A stretch of DNA of 53,356 nucleotides from positions 1 to 53,356 of the forward strand of contig DATJST010000312.1 in NCBI GenBank assembly GCA_035503975.1, read 5' to 3'. This DNA is from Acidimicrobiales bacterium (GTDB lineage Bacteria > Actinomycetota > Acidimicrobiia > Acidimicrobiales > Palsa-688). The notes below the pieces were generated by a model. The model was not told the origin of the DNA, did no database searches, and saw only the letters and a list, made by a program, of their open reading frames with translations. A program made the translations under genes and the position numbers. Below are positions 46,102 to 53,356 of this stretch, piece after piece (the first letter of the stretch is position 1; every line of letters starts with the position of its first letter).

Positions 46102-47565
46102 ATGGTGAGGAGGTCGACGTCTACTTCGGCCTTTGGCGTTTCCAAGCGTGAGAGCCACGATGCCAGCGCTTTCTATAAGCGTTTTACGTCTCCGGCTCTT
46201 GATCCCGGTTCCGAGGTGGCGCCCTATCGCGCGCTCGACAAGTGCATCGTCGGGGACGCCCGGCGCATGGACGAGGTCCCGGACGCGTCGGTGGCCTTGG
46301 TGGTCACATCTCCGCCCTACTTCGCGGGCAAGGAGTACGAGGCGGCCCTCGGCGAAGGCGGGGCCCCCGCCACCTACCTGGAGTACCTTCGGCTCCTCCG
46401 CGACGTGTTCGCGCAATGCGTGCAAAAGCTCGAGCCCGGCGGCAGGATCGCCGTCAACATCGCCAATCTCGGCCGCCGCCCGTACCGTTCGCTGTCAGCC
46501 GACGTCATCGGTATCCTCCAAGACGACCTCCGGCTGCTGCTCAGAGGCGAGCTCGTCTGGGTGAAGCACAGGGGTTCGTCGGGTTCGTGCGCCTGGGGCA
46601 GCTTCCAGCGCCCCGGCAACCCCGTGCTGCGAGACCTCACGGAGCGGGTCGTCGTGGCCAGCAAGGGCCGTTTCGACCGGGCCGTCCCCGCCCCCGCGCG
46701 AGCGCGGCGGGGCTTGCCTTCGGAGTCATCCATGACCCGCGAGGACTTCATGGAAAATACGCTCGACGTCTGGGAAATCCCCGCCGAGAGCGCCACCCGG
46801 GTCGGCCACCCGGCGCCGTTCCCGGTGGAACTGCCGGCCCGCCTGATCGAGTTGTACACGTACCGGGACGACCTCGTGCTGGACCCGTTCGCCGGGTCGG
46901 GCACGACCGCGGTGGCCGCCGTGCGCACGGGGCGTCACTTCGCCTGTTACGACCTCGAGGAGCGTTACATCCGCCGGGCCGAAACCAGGGTCGAGGAGGA
47001 GCGCCAGCGTTTGGCACGAGGGCTAGAGGGTGCTCGCCCCCTGGTACCGCCGGTGCGGCTCCCCGCGGTCCCGGCGCGGGCCGGCGATGGGAACGACCAC
47101 CGGGCAGTGGCCATCGCTGAGGGGCACGCCGCAAAAGAGATCGCCCGCGCGCTTATCGAGGCTGGGGGTTTTACGGGCGTGCGCGAGGACGAGCGCCAAA
47201 ACGGTGGGATAGACGTGAGTTTTTCGGCGCGCGACAACAACGGCCGCCTCTGGCTGTTCGACCTGGCGGGCGGCTACAGCACCTACCGGCCGGGGCTGAA
47301 ACGGGCCGAAGTCCTTTGGAAGGCACTCGGCAAGGCGGCTTTCCTGCATGAAGTTAGCAAGGCCCCGCTGGTGCTTTTGGCCACAGGGCTACCGGCGCCG
47401 GGATCGCCGCCCGGTGCAGCACTGGCTCGCCTTTGTGGGCCGGGTAAGCCCGTCCGCGCGGTGATCGAGATCCTGCAAGCGTCGGCGGTCGACGAAATGC
47501 GCCGCCTCGGCGGCGGCTCCGGCCGTAAGCCGTTGCGCGTCACGGAAAAATACGCAGCGGGCTGA
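46102..47565 (+). CDS. Beta-class N4/N6 DNA methyltransferase with extra C-terminal domain
   Basis: Motif IV 'VVTSPPYF' (aa 67-74) precedes motif I 'VLDPFAGSGTTAVAA' (aa 259-273), which is the beta-class order. Residues ~335-470 are not part of the MTase core. Confidence 0.85.
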   Translation: MVRRSTSTSAFGVSKRESHDASAFYKRFTSPALDPGSEVAPYRALDKCIVGDARRMDEVPDASVALVVTSPPYFAGKEYEAALGEGGAPATYLEYLRLLRDVFAQCVQKLEPGGRIAVNIANLGRRPYRSLSADVIGILQDDLRLLLRGELVWVKHRGSSGSCAWGSFQRPGNPVLRDLTERVVVASKGRFDRAVPAPARARRGLPSESSMTREDFMENTLDVWEIPAESATRVGHPAPFPVELPARLIELYTYRDDLVLDPFAGSGTTAVAAVRTGRHFACYDLEERYIRRAETRVEEERQRLARGLEGARPLVPPVRLPAVPARAGDGNDHRAVAIAEGHAAKEIARALIEAGGFTGVREDERQNGGIDVSFSARDNNGRLWLFDLAGGYSTYRPGLKRAEVLWKALGKAAFLHEVSKAPLVLLATGLPAPGSPPGAALARLCGPGKPVRAVIEILQASAVDEMRRLGGGSGRKPLRVTEKYAAG

Positions 47566-47597
47566 AGCCTTTTGGCGCCTGAGCCGTTGCGGCCGGG

Positions 47598-48197
47598 TCA
47601 CTGCGCCGGGGCCGGTAGGGCCTGGGCGACAACGGCGGCCACGACCCTGCGGACGTCGTCAGGCTCGGGGTGCGCGGCTTCACGGTTGGCGAAAAGCAAG
47701 TGCGTGGCCCCGACCATCGTGGGAGCCAGAGTGGCTACATCTGCGCCTTTATCGACCCGGCCCAGCTCCTGCTCGGCGCGCAGGTAAGAGGCGATCATGT
47801 TCACTGCACCGCTGAGCAGAGGTACGCCACCCAGCCCGGACCGGCGCAGCCTGGCCCTCAGCCCGTCGCGAGAGATGACGAGCGCGACGATTGCGACCGC
47901 GACGGGCTCGAACAACTCGGTAAGGGCGACGGCCAGGTTCTCGGTGACGGTGCCTGTCCCCGCCGCCGCGAGCAGCTGCCCGGCCTGCGCCCGGAGCCGG
48001 ACTACCCGGTTGGTGACGAGTTCGGCCAGGAACTCGTCGAAGTCATCGAAGTGCCGGTGCAGCACCCCTTTGGCGCAACCTGCCTCCGCCGTGACCGCGC
48101 GGCTCGTCAGGGCGCTCGGCCCACCCCGCAGCAGCGCCCGCTCGGCCGCCTGGAACAGCTGCTCGCGCGCGTCGTGGAGCGCGATACCGGTGGGCAT
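47598..48197 (-). CDS. TetR-family transcriptional regulator
   Basis: 'LTSRAVTAEAGCAKGVLHRHFDDFDEFL' TetR_N HTH; ~200 aa. Confidence 0.9.
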   Translation of the reverse strand: MPTGIALHDAREQLFQAAERALLRGGPSALTSRAVTAEAGCAKGVLHRHFDDFDEFLAELVTNRVVRLRAQAGQLLAAAGTGTVTENLAVALTELFEPVAVAIVALVISRDGLRARLRRSGLGGVPLLSGAVNMIASYLRAEQELGRVDKGADVATLAPTMVGATHLLFANREAAHPEPDDVRRVVAAVVAQALPAPAQ

Positions 48198-48211
48198 TGC
48201 TATCTGTCCGC

Positions 48212-48259
48212 TTGACTAGTGGGCAATCGCCCATTTATAGTGGGCATATGCCCACTATA
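48212..48259 (+). promoter_or_regulatory. Promoter plus palindromic operator of the TetR/methyltransferase divergon
   Basis: TTGACT (48212-48217), 18-nt spacer, TATAGT (48236-48241). Perfect 24-bp palindrome TATAGTGGGCATATGCCCACTATA (48236-48259); imperfect copy AGTGGGCAATCGCCCAT (48218-48234). Confidence 0.55.
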
Positions 48260-49093
48260 CCGCCGAGAGCAGCGAGCTCTCTGGACGTCCAACCTCACCA
48301 GGCGCGAAGTGTGGCGGAGTCGTTCGGCACAGACGCCGAGCGCTACGACCGCGCCCGTCCTGCCTATCCCGAGGCCATGGTCGAGCGCATCGTCGAGGCC
48401 AGCTTCGGCCCTGATCTGCTGGATGTGGGCATTGGCACTGGGATCGCCGCCCGCCAGTTCCGGGCCGCGGGCTGCCGCGTGCTGGGGGTCGACGCCGATC
48501 CCCGGATGGCCGAGCTGGCCCGCCGAAGTGGGTTCGAGGTCGAAGTGGCCAGGTTCGAGGAGTGGGAACCGCGCGGCCGGACCTTTGACGCGGTGGTTGC
48601 CGCCCAAGCGTGGCACTGGGTTGAACCCACCCGCGGCGCTGCCAGGGCGGCGGAAGCCCTGCGGCCCGGCGGCCGCTGGGCAGCCTGCTGGAACGCTTTC
48701 CAGGCGCCAGCCGAGATCGCCGGCGCCTTCAGCGATGTCTACCGCCAGGTGAAGCCCGACCTGCCGTTCAACCCGTGGGGGCGCCCGAGCCTTGACGCGT
48801 ACTCCGAGATCATGGCGAAGGCGGCTGATGGGTTGCGCGCCAGCGCCAGCTTCGCTGAACCTGAACATTGGCGTTTCGAATGGGAACGGCCCTGTACGCG
48901 CGACGAGTTCCTGGACCAGGTACCGACCTTCGGCGGCCACAACCGGATCCCGCCTGCGCAGCTGGAGGCGCTGCTTGCCGGGATGGGCTCTGTCATCGAC
49001 GACGCCGGAGGCAGCTTCACGCTGCAGTACGCGACCGTCGTGGTTACGGCGGCTCGCAGCGGAGCGCCGCCGCCGCCGACCAAAAAGTGCTGA
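48248..49093 (+). CDS. Class I SAM-dependent methyltransferase
   Basis: 'LLDVGIGTGIAARQF' motif I. ATG 48248 sits at the centre of the palindrome. Confidence 0.8.
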   Translation: MPTIPPRAASSLDVQPHQARSVAESFGTDAERYDRARPAYPEAMVERIVEASFGPDLLDVGIGTGIAARQFRAAGCRVLGVDADPRMAELARRSGFEVEVARFEEWEPRGRTFDAVVAAQAWHWVEPTRGAARAAEALRPGGRWAACWNAFQAPAEIAGAFSDVYRQVKPDLPFNPWGRPSLDAYSEIMAKAADGLRASASFAEPEHWRFEWERPCTRDEFLDQVPTFGGHNRIPPAQLEALLAGMGSVIDDAGGSFTLQYATVVVTAARSGAPPPPTKKC

Positions 49094-49149
49094 GCTGCAA
49101 AGGCGCTGGGCTGCGAGAAGTGCTGAGCTGCGAAAAGTGCTGAGCTGGT
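49082..49149. repeat. 17-bp tandem repeat x4 starting on the last codons and stop of the methyltransferase gene
   Basis: AAAAGTGCTGAGCTGCA / AAGGCGCTGGGCTGCGA / GAAGTGCTGAGCTGCGA / AAAGTGCTGAGCTGGTA. Confidence 0.9.
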
Positions 49150-49166
49150 AGCGTGGCGGGACAACT

Positions 49167-50363
49167 ATGACTGAGGCACTAATCGTTGGCGCGCTACGCA
49201 CGCCGCTCGGCAAGGGAAGAGCGAGCGGGGCCCTGGCTGGGGTGCACCCCGTAGACCTGCTCGCCCATACGCTCAAGGCTTTGGTCGAGCGGGCCGGTGT
49301 CGAACCCTCCCGCATCGACGACGTGATCATTGGTTGCCTCGGCCAGAACTCGGAGCAGTCGCTGAACGTCGCCCGCAACGCGGTGCTAGCCGCAGGGTTC
49401 CCCGAGCGCGTGCCAGGCACGACCATCGACCGCCAGTGCGGCTCCTCCCAGCAGGCCCTGCATTTCGCCGCCCAAGGCGTCCTCGCCGGCTGCTATGACT
49501 TGGTCATCGCCGGGGGCGTCGAGTCGATGAGCCGTGTCCCGATGGGTTCTTCGGTCCAGGGCGCGAGCGACTTTGGTGCTGGCATCACCTCCCGCTACCC
49601 AGATGGTCTCGTGCCCCAGGGGATCTCTGCCGAGCTGATCACTGCTCGCTGGGGCCTTTCGCGCCGGGACTTGGACGAATACGCCCTGCGTTCGCACCAG
49701 CTCGCCGCCGCGGCCCGCGACGACGGCCGCTTGGCGGCCGAGATCGCCCCCGTCAAGGCGGCACAACTTGACGGCACGATCGTCGAGGTGACGGCCGACG
49801 AAGGCATCCGCGACACCAGCTCGTTGGACGCGCTGGCCGGGTTGCGGCCGGCGTTTTACACCGACGACCTCGCCCGGAGGTTCCCCCAGGTGACATGGTC
49901 GGTCACGGCGGGCAACAGTTCGCAGATCACCGACGGGGCCAGCGCGGTGCTGCTCGCCAGCACGGCTACCGCCGCCAGCCTTGGGCTGCGGCCGCGAGCG
50001 CGGGTCGCCCACATGGTCGTGGAAGGCGATGACCCGCTCTACATGCTCACCGCCGTGATCCCAGCCACCCGCAAGCTCCTCGACCGCGCCGGCTTGCGCC
50101 TACAAGACGTGGACTACTTCGAAGTCAACGAGGCCTTTGCATCAGTGGTACTGGCCTGGGCGGCCGATGTGGGTGCCGACCTCGATCGCGTCAACACCCG
50201 GGGCGGCGCAATTGCCATCGGGCACCCGCTCGGTGCTTCGGGCACCCGCCTGCTCGGCTCGCTCGTCGCCACCTTGGAAGAGCGGGACGGGCGCTACGGG
50301 GTGCAGCTCATGTGCGAAGGCGGCGGGATGGCGAACGCCACCCTGATCGAGCGCCTTGCTTAG
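49167..50363 (+). CDS. Acetyl-CoA C-acyl/acetyltransferase (thiolase)
   Basis: 'DRQCGSSQQAL' active-site Cys region, 'NEAFA', 'GGAIAIGHPLGASG' and 'CEGGGMA' thiolase signatures. Confidence 0.9.
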   Translation: MTEALIVGALRTPLGKGRASGALAGVHPVDLLAHTLKALVERAGVEPSRIDDVIIGCLGQNSEQSLNVARNAVLAAGFPERVPGTTIDRQCGSSQQALHFAAQGVLAGCYDLVIAGGVESMSRVPMGSSVQGASDFGAGITSRYPDGLVPQGISAELITARWGLSRRDLDEYALRSHQLAAAARDDGRLAAEIAPVKAAQLDGTIVEVTADEGIRDTSSLDALAGLRPAFYTDDLARRFPQVTWSVTAGNSSQITDGASAVLLASTATAASLGLRPRARVAHMVVEGDDPLYMLTAVIPATRKLLDRAGLRLQDVDYFEVNEAFASVVLAWAADVGADLDRVNTRGGAIAIGHPLGASGTRLLGSLVATLEERDGRYGVQLMCEGGGMANATLIERLA

Positions 50364-50477
50364 ACGTGCCAACCACGAGCCGGCGTTGCCGGCTCGCGTT
50401 ATTGCGCGCGGCTCAGGCTAGGCGTGCCAACCACGAACCGGGGTTGCCGGCTCGCGCTGCAGTGCGCGGCTCAGCGC
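50361..50477. repeat. ~58-bp tandem duplication spanning the convergent gap, one hairpin per unit
   Basis: Unit A is 50361-50418 and unit B is 50419-50477. Both have the form TAG(A/G)CGTGCCAACCACGA.CCGG.GTTGCCGGCTCGCG...GCGCGGCTCAG. Hairpin GAGCCGGC-GTT-GCCGGCTC at 50377-50395. Confidence 0.85.
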
Positions 50478-51667
50478 AAGCCTGAGCCCCAAAAGGCCGC
50501 AGCGCCGAAGTTGTACACGTTGCCGTCCGCCCCGAGCAGCCAATAGCCCTGACCCGAGGGCGTCGCCGCCATGCTCGTCACGGGGGCTGAGACGACCTGC
50601 TGGTTGGCGGGCACGCCACCGTAGTAGACCGCGTCCCCCGTCGTTATGACGCTGCCGTCCGGCTCAACCTGCCAAGTCCCGTTGCCGCTTGGCGTGACTG
50701 CGGTGCCGACCGTTGGGCCCGACATCTGGTAGCCGGGCCCCGCAGCCGCGAGGAAGCCACCGGGGTAGTCGTAGACCGCGGCATCGAACGAAGAGGTGAC
50801 GACGTAGCCGCCCGCGGGGCGGGTAGCGATGGCGTCGAAGGGTGCGAACTGCGGCCCCGGCATGCCGTAGACCTTGGCGGAGCCGAAGCCGAAAACACGC
50901 CCATCGCTGCTGAGGAGCAGGTACCCGTTGCCGGTGGGAGTCGTGGCTATGCCGGTGACGGGCGCCAGCGGCGCCGACCGGAGCGAGCCGTAGTCGCGAG
51001 CATCACCAAAGGCGTACACGTGACCGGTTGCCGTCACCAACCAGTAACCCTGCGCGTCATGGGTGTGCGCCATACCTACGACAGGCGAGGACAAGTGGTC
51101 GCCGCTCGTTACCGAACCGAACCAGCCCGCGTCGCCGAAGCGGGTGACGGCCCCGTCTGCCTGCAGCAGCCAGTAACCACCGCCGTCCAAAGTGGGGACG
51201 ATATCCACATACTTCTTGCTGTTATCCCGACGGCTCTCCCCGCCTGCGGGGGCTGGCGCGGTCACGTCGAAGGCAGCGCTCAGCGCAGCATGGCCATTGC
51301 AGTCCGGGGCCACAAGCTCGTAGCGCCCAGGCACTACCGGTGCGCCTCTGCCCTGCGTCCCGGTGTAGCCCAAATAGGAAGGGACGAGCAAAGTGGCCGA
51401 CCAAGTGCCCTTGGCGGTGAGCGGGACATCCATCACGCTCGCCGGCCCGTCAGCGCCACTGGCAGCGCCAGCGGCGGCCTCGAACCTGATGTCCAAACCC
51501 GCCGTCGGCGAGCAGCCCTGGCCGGCATCGCCCGTGGCTCGCAGCAAGGTGCCAGGCTCCCCCGATCGGGCCGACAACTTTATGAACGTGGACGGCCCCG
51601 AAGAGCACGACACGCAGAGGACCGCCAGTAGGGCCAGGCTCCCGGCGGCCGCGGCTCTTTTCATCAT
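50471..51667 (-). CDS. Lipoprotein with two-Cys N-domain and six 'GYWLL..DG.V..FGDA..YGS' repeats (paralogue 2)
   Basis: Start at MMKRAAAAGSLALLAVLCVSCSS (signal peptide). Collinear with 37901..39226, sharing blocks 'GTWSA', 'LVP.YLG', 'PGRYE', 'APDC' and 'DGGGYWL.QADG'. Confidence 0.7.
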   Translation of the reverse strand: MMKRAAAAGSLALLAVLCVSCSSGPSTFIKLSARSGEPGTLLRATGDAGQGCSPTAGLDIRFEAAAGAASGADGPASVMDVPLTAKGTWSATLLVPSYLGYTGTQGRGAPVVPGRYELVAPDCNGHAALSAAFDVTAPAPAGGESRRDNSKKYVDIVPTLDGGGYWLLQADGAVTRFGDAGWFGSVTSGDHLSSPVVGMAHTHDAQGYWLVTATGHVYAFGDARDYGSLRSAPLAPVTGIATTPTGNGYLLLSSDGRVFGFGSAKVYGMPGPQFAPFDAIATRPAGGYVVTSSFDAAVYDYPGGFLAAAGPGYQMSGPTVGTAVTPSGNGTWQVEPDGSVITTGDAVYYGGVPANQQVVSAPVTSMAATPSGQGYWLLGADGNVYNFGAAAFWGSGLR

Positions 51668-51674
51668 GGTCGGC

Positions 51675-52868
51675 CTAAGGACCGTAGGACCACGCCCCTC
51701 CGAACGAGACGATGCCCGCCTGCTCGGTTGGGCCCTTGCGGTCCACGTCGATGCGCAATATGTTGCGGCGCACGTCATAGGGGTGCGCCATCATGTAGTC
51801 GGTGACCGACGCGGTTATGTCATAAGTGTTCGGCAGGAGCGGCAGGTGGGGGATGCGCAGGTCGACCCAGCCGCTGCCGTCGAGCTTTTCGGGCACGTCT
51901 TCGCCCTCGCGCGTCGAGGGCTCGCTTATCACGACACCTTGCAGGGTGAGGAAGCTGACCGAGAAGACCGGTCGCGGCACGGGTTCGGTGGTGTTGTACC
52001 AGAGCCGTACCGTCATGGGCTCGCCGCTGCCGATACGGGTCACTTGGCGGCCATCGCGGTCAAGCATTTCCACCCGTTCGATACGGGCTTCACCCGAGCC
52101 CCACCGGTCGCCGCGCTCGGTCGGCCGGTGCTCGGCGAGGACTATCGAGCCCGTGTAGGCCTCGACCACATCGCGGGGGTTGCCGTCGGCCATCTTCTTG
52201 CCCTTTTTGAACCAGATGGCGTGGTCGCACATAGTGACGACGGACTGCATCGAATGCGACACGATGATAACGGTCTTACCGTTGGCTTTGAGCTCGGCGA
52301 AGCGTTCCAGGCACTTGCGCTGGAAAGCCTCGTCACCGACCGCCAGGACTTCGTCAACGAGCAGCACGTCAGGCTCGACGTTGATGGCTACCGAGAACCC
52401 CAGGCGCACGTACATGCCAGACGAATAGTTCTTCACTGGCTCGTCGATGAACCGGCCGATCCCTGCGAAATCGACGATGCTATCGAAACGCGCTTGGAGC
52501 TCCTTGGTCTTCAGGCCCAGGATGGCGCCGTTCAAGAAGACGTTCTCACGGCCGGTGAGCTCGGGGTGGAAGCCGGCACCGAGCTCCAAGAGGGCTGACA
52601 GTTTGCCCGTAGTAGTGACCGAGCCGCCGTCCGGCTTGAGGATCTTCGCCAGGCACTTGAGCATGGTTGACTTGCCCGAGCCGTTCTCTCCGATCAGGCC
52701 GGTAGTCGAACCCTGGTAAACCTCGAAACTTATGTCGTCGAGAGCCCAGAAAATGTCCACCCGGGCCCGGCGGCGGCGCATGACCGCGCCTTTCAGGGTG
52801 GCGTTACGCTCGCGGTAAAGCCGGTACTTCTTGGATACGTGGTCCACGACCACAACTGGGGCTCCCAA
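51675..52868 (-). CDS. ABC-2 exporter ATPase (Wzt/TagH-like) with C-terminal beta-rich extra domain
   Basis: Walker A 'GENGSGKST', signature 'YSSGMYVRLGFS', Walker B 'VLLVDEVLAVGD', then ~150 further aa. Start is TTG 52868 or GTG 52853, just after the permease stop. Confidence 0.85.
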   Translation of the reverse strand: MGAPVVVVDHVSKKYRLYRERNATLKGAVMRRRRARVDIFWALDDISFEVYQGSTTGLIGENGSGKSTMLKCLAKILKPDGGSVTTTGKLSALLELGAGFHPELTGRENVFLNGAILGLKTKELQARFDSIVDFAGIGRFIDEPVKNYSSGMYVRLGFSVAINVEPDVLLVDEVLAVGDEAFQRKCLERFAELKANGKTVIIVSHSMQSVVTMCDHAIWFKKGKKMADGNPRDVVEAYTGSIVLAEHRPTERGDRWGSGEARIERVEMLDRDGRQVTRIGSGEPMTVRLWYNTTEPVPRPVFSVSFLTLQGVVISEPSTREGEDVPEKLDGSGWVDLRIPHLPLLPNTYDITASVTDYMMAHPYDVRRNILRIDVDRKGPTEQAGIVSFGGAWSYGP

Positions 52869-52872
52869 GCTT

Positions 52873-53356
52873 CTACAGCTCCTCCGGCAGGCGGCTCTCG
52901 TACTTGCGGAAGACTGCCAGCCCGATGATAAATGTGGCCACCGCCCACGCGACCAGGTACAGGCAGTCGTACCAGGAGACATTGGCGTGTATGACGGCGA
53001 ACACGTGCTGGACGACGGTGTGGGCCGGAATTGTCTGGAAATGTGAGCCTATCTTGACCCGTTCGGCCGGGACCAGTTGGGGTGGCAGGCTGAACTCTTG
53101 CATGTGGGTCGACGAGGGCAAGCTGCCGTTGTACATGAACTGCTGGAAGGCCAGCACCGCGTCGGTCATCGGGTTGGCCTTGAAAATACCGCCGAGGGAG
53201 ATCGTGTGGCCGAGGAGGTGGACGTACTTGGCCGGGCTGAAAGTGCCTGTAGAACCGTTGAGGCCGCCGCCCACGATGTAGTAAGGGTAGGCCACGGGGG
53301 TGAGGAACATCCAGATGAAGAACAGGATCCCCGAGAAATGCTGGATGTCCCTGTAA
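52873..53356 (-). CDS. ABC-2 type (Wzm/TagG-like) exporter permease, N-terminus outside window
   Basis: The frame stays open to the window end ('YRDIQHFSGILFFIWMFLTPVAYP...'). Hydrophobic C-terminus. Directly upstream of the ATPase gene. Confidence 0.75.
   Translation of the reverse strand, partial: YRDIQHFSGILFFIWMFLTPVAYPYYIVGGGLNGSTGTFSPAKYVHLLGHTISLGGIFKANPMTDAVLAFQQFMYNGSLPSSTHMQEFSLPPQLVPAERVKIGSHFQTIPAHTVVQHVFAVIHANVSWYDCLYLVAWAVATFIIGLAVFRKYESRLPEEL

Noticed and set aside
46052-47597. Complete restriction-modification system
   Set aside because: No candidate endonuclease ORF is adjacent on either strand. The flanks are a HAD hydrolase and a TetR regulator. Only the fused C-terminal domain remains unexplained and is reported as a finding.
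48200-49426. 408-aa minus-strand ORF. Similar long antisense ORFs are at 51393-52598(+), 24183-25244(-), 12251-13333(+), 1010-2086(+), 20842-21804(-), 21486-22478(-), 25307-26233(-) and 44537-45313(-).
   Set aside because: All are Arg/Gly/Pro/Ala-rich and featureless. Each lies opposite a frame with strong family motifs (methyltransferase/thiolase, ABC ATPase, DUF362, PHP, GH15, HyuB, membrane protein, methyltransferase, DUF885).
1-53356. tRNA, rRNA, tmRNA or riboswitch genes in intergenic gaps
   Set aside because: All gaps are under 500 bp, and none showed a cloverleaf-like arrangement or a conserved riboswitch core that I could recognise by eye. This is not excluded rigorously; tRNAscan-SE and Infernal/Rfam would settle it.

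Overview
Very GC-rich, gene-dense chromosomal segment that looks like Actinomycetota: DUF732 lipoprotein, MMPL transporter, GlbO-type truncated haemoglobin, LAL/LuxR regulator, PPK2, DUF559 protein. I call about 45 protein-coding genes. I found no rRNA or tRNA, no CRISPR array, and no transposase, integrase or prophage genes. Most long antisense ORFs in the track are Arg/Pro/Gly-rich shadow frames typical of high-GC DNA. Contents include ftsX (partial), a GH15 hydrolase, STAS protein, glbO, a DAG-kinase-family lipid kinase, pirin, a ROK regulator, a PHP/PolX-like protein, an LAL regulator with an ECF sigma factor, hydantoinase A/B, PPK2, an M16 peptidase pair, a NarL-type two-component system, MMPL, DUF885, HAD, a beta-class DNA methyltransferase, a TetR-controlled methyltransferase, a thiolase and a Wzm/Wzt-like ABC-2 exporter. 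Items worth a second look: (1) two collinear paralogous lipoproteins built from six ~40-aa 'GYWLL..DG.V..FGDA..YGS' repeats, one behind a two-component system and ahead of a GT-C-like gene, the other directly behind an ABC-2 exporter whose ATPase has a Wzt-like C-terminal domain; (2) a diiron ferritin-like domain fused to DUF362 and translationally coupled to a methyltransferase; (3) a membrane protein / pseudokinase / Zn-ribbon plus FHA-like protein module; (4) an orphan DNA methyltransferase with an unexplained ~150-aa C-terminal domain; (5) a membrane-anchored mucin-like protein with 21-bp coding repeats; (6) several intergenic short tandem-repeat arrays that abut stop codons; (7) a perfect 24-bp palindrome covering the -10 box and start codon of a probably leaderless gene. 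All family assignments come from motif recognition by eye. No database search was run.
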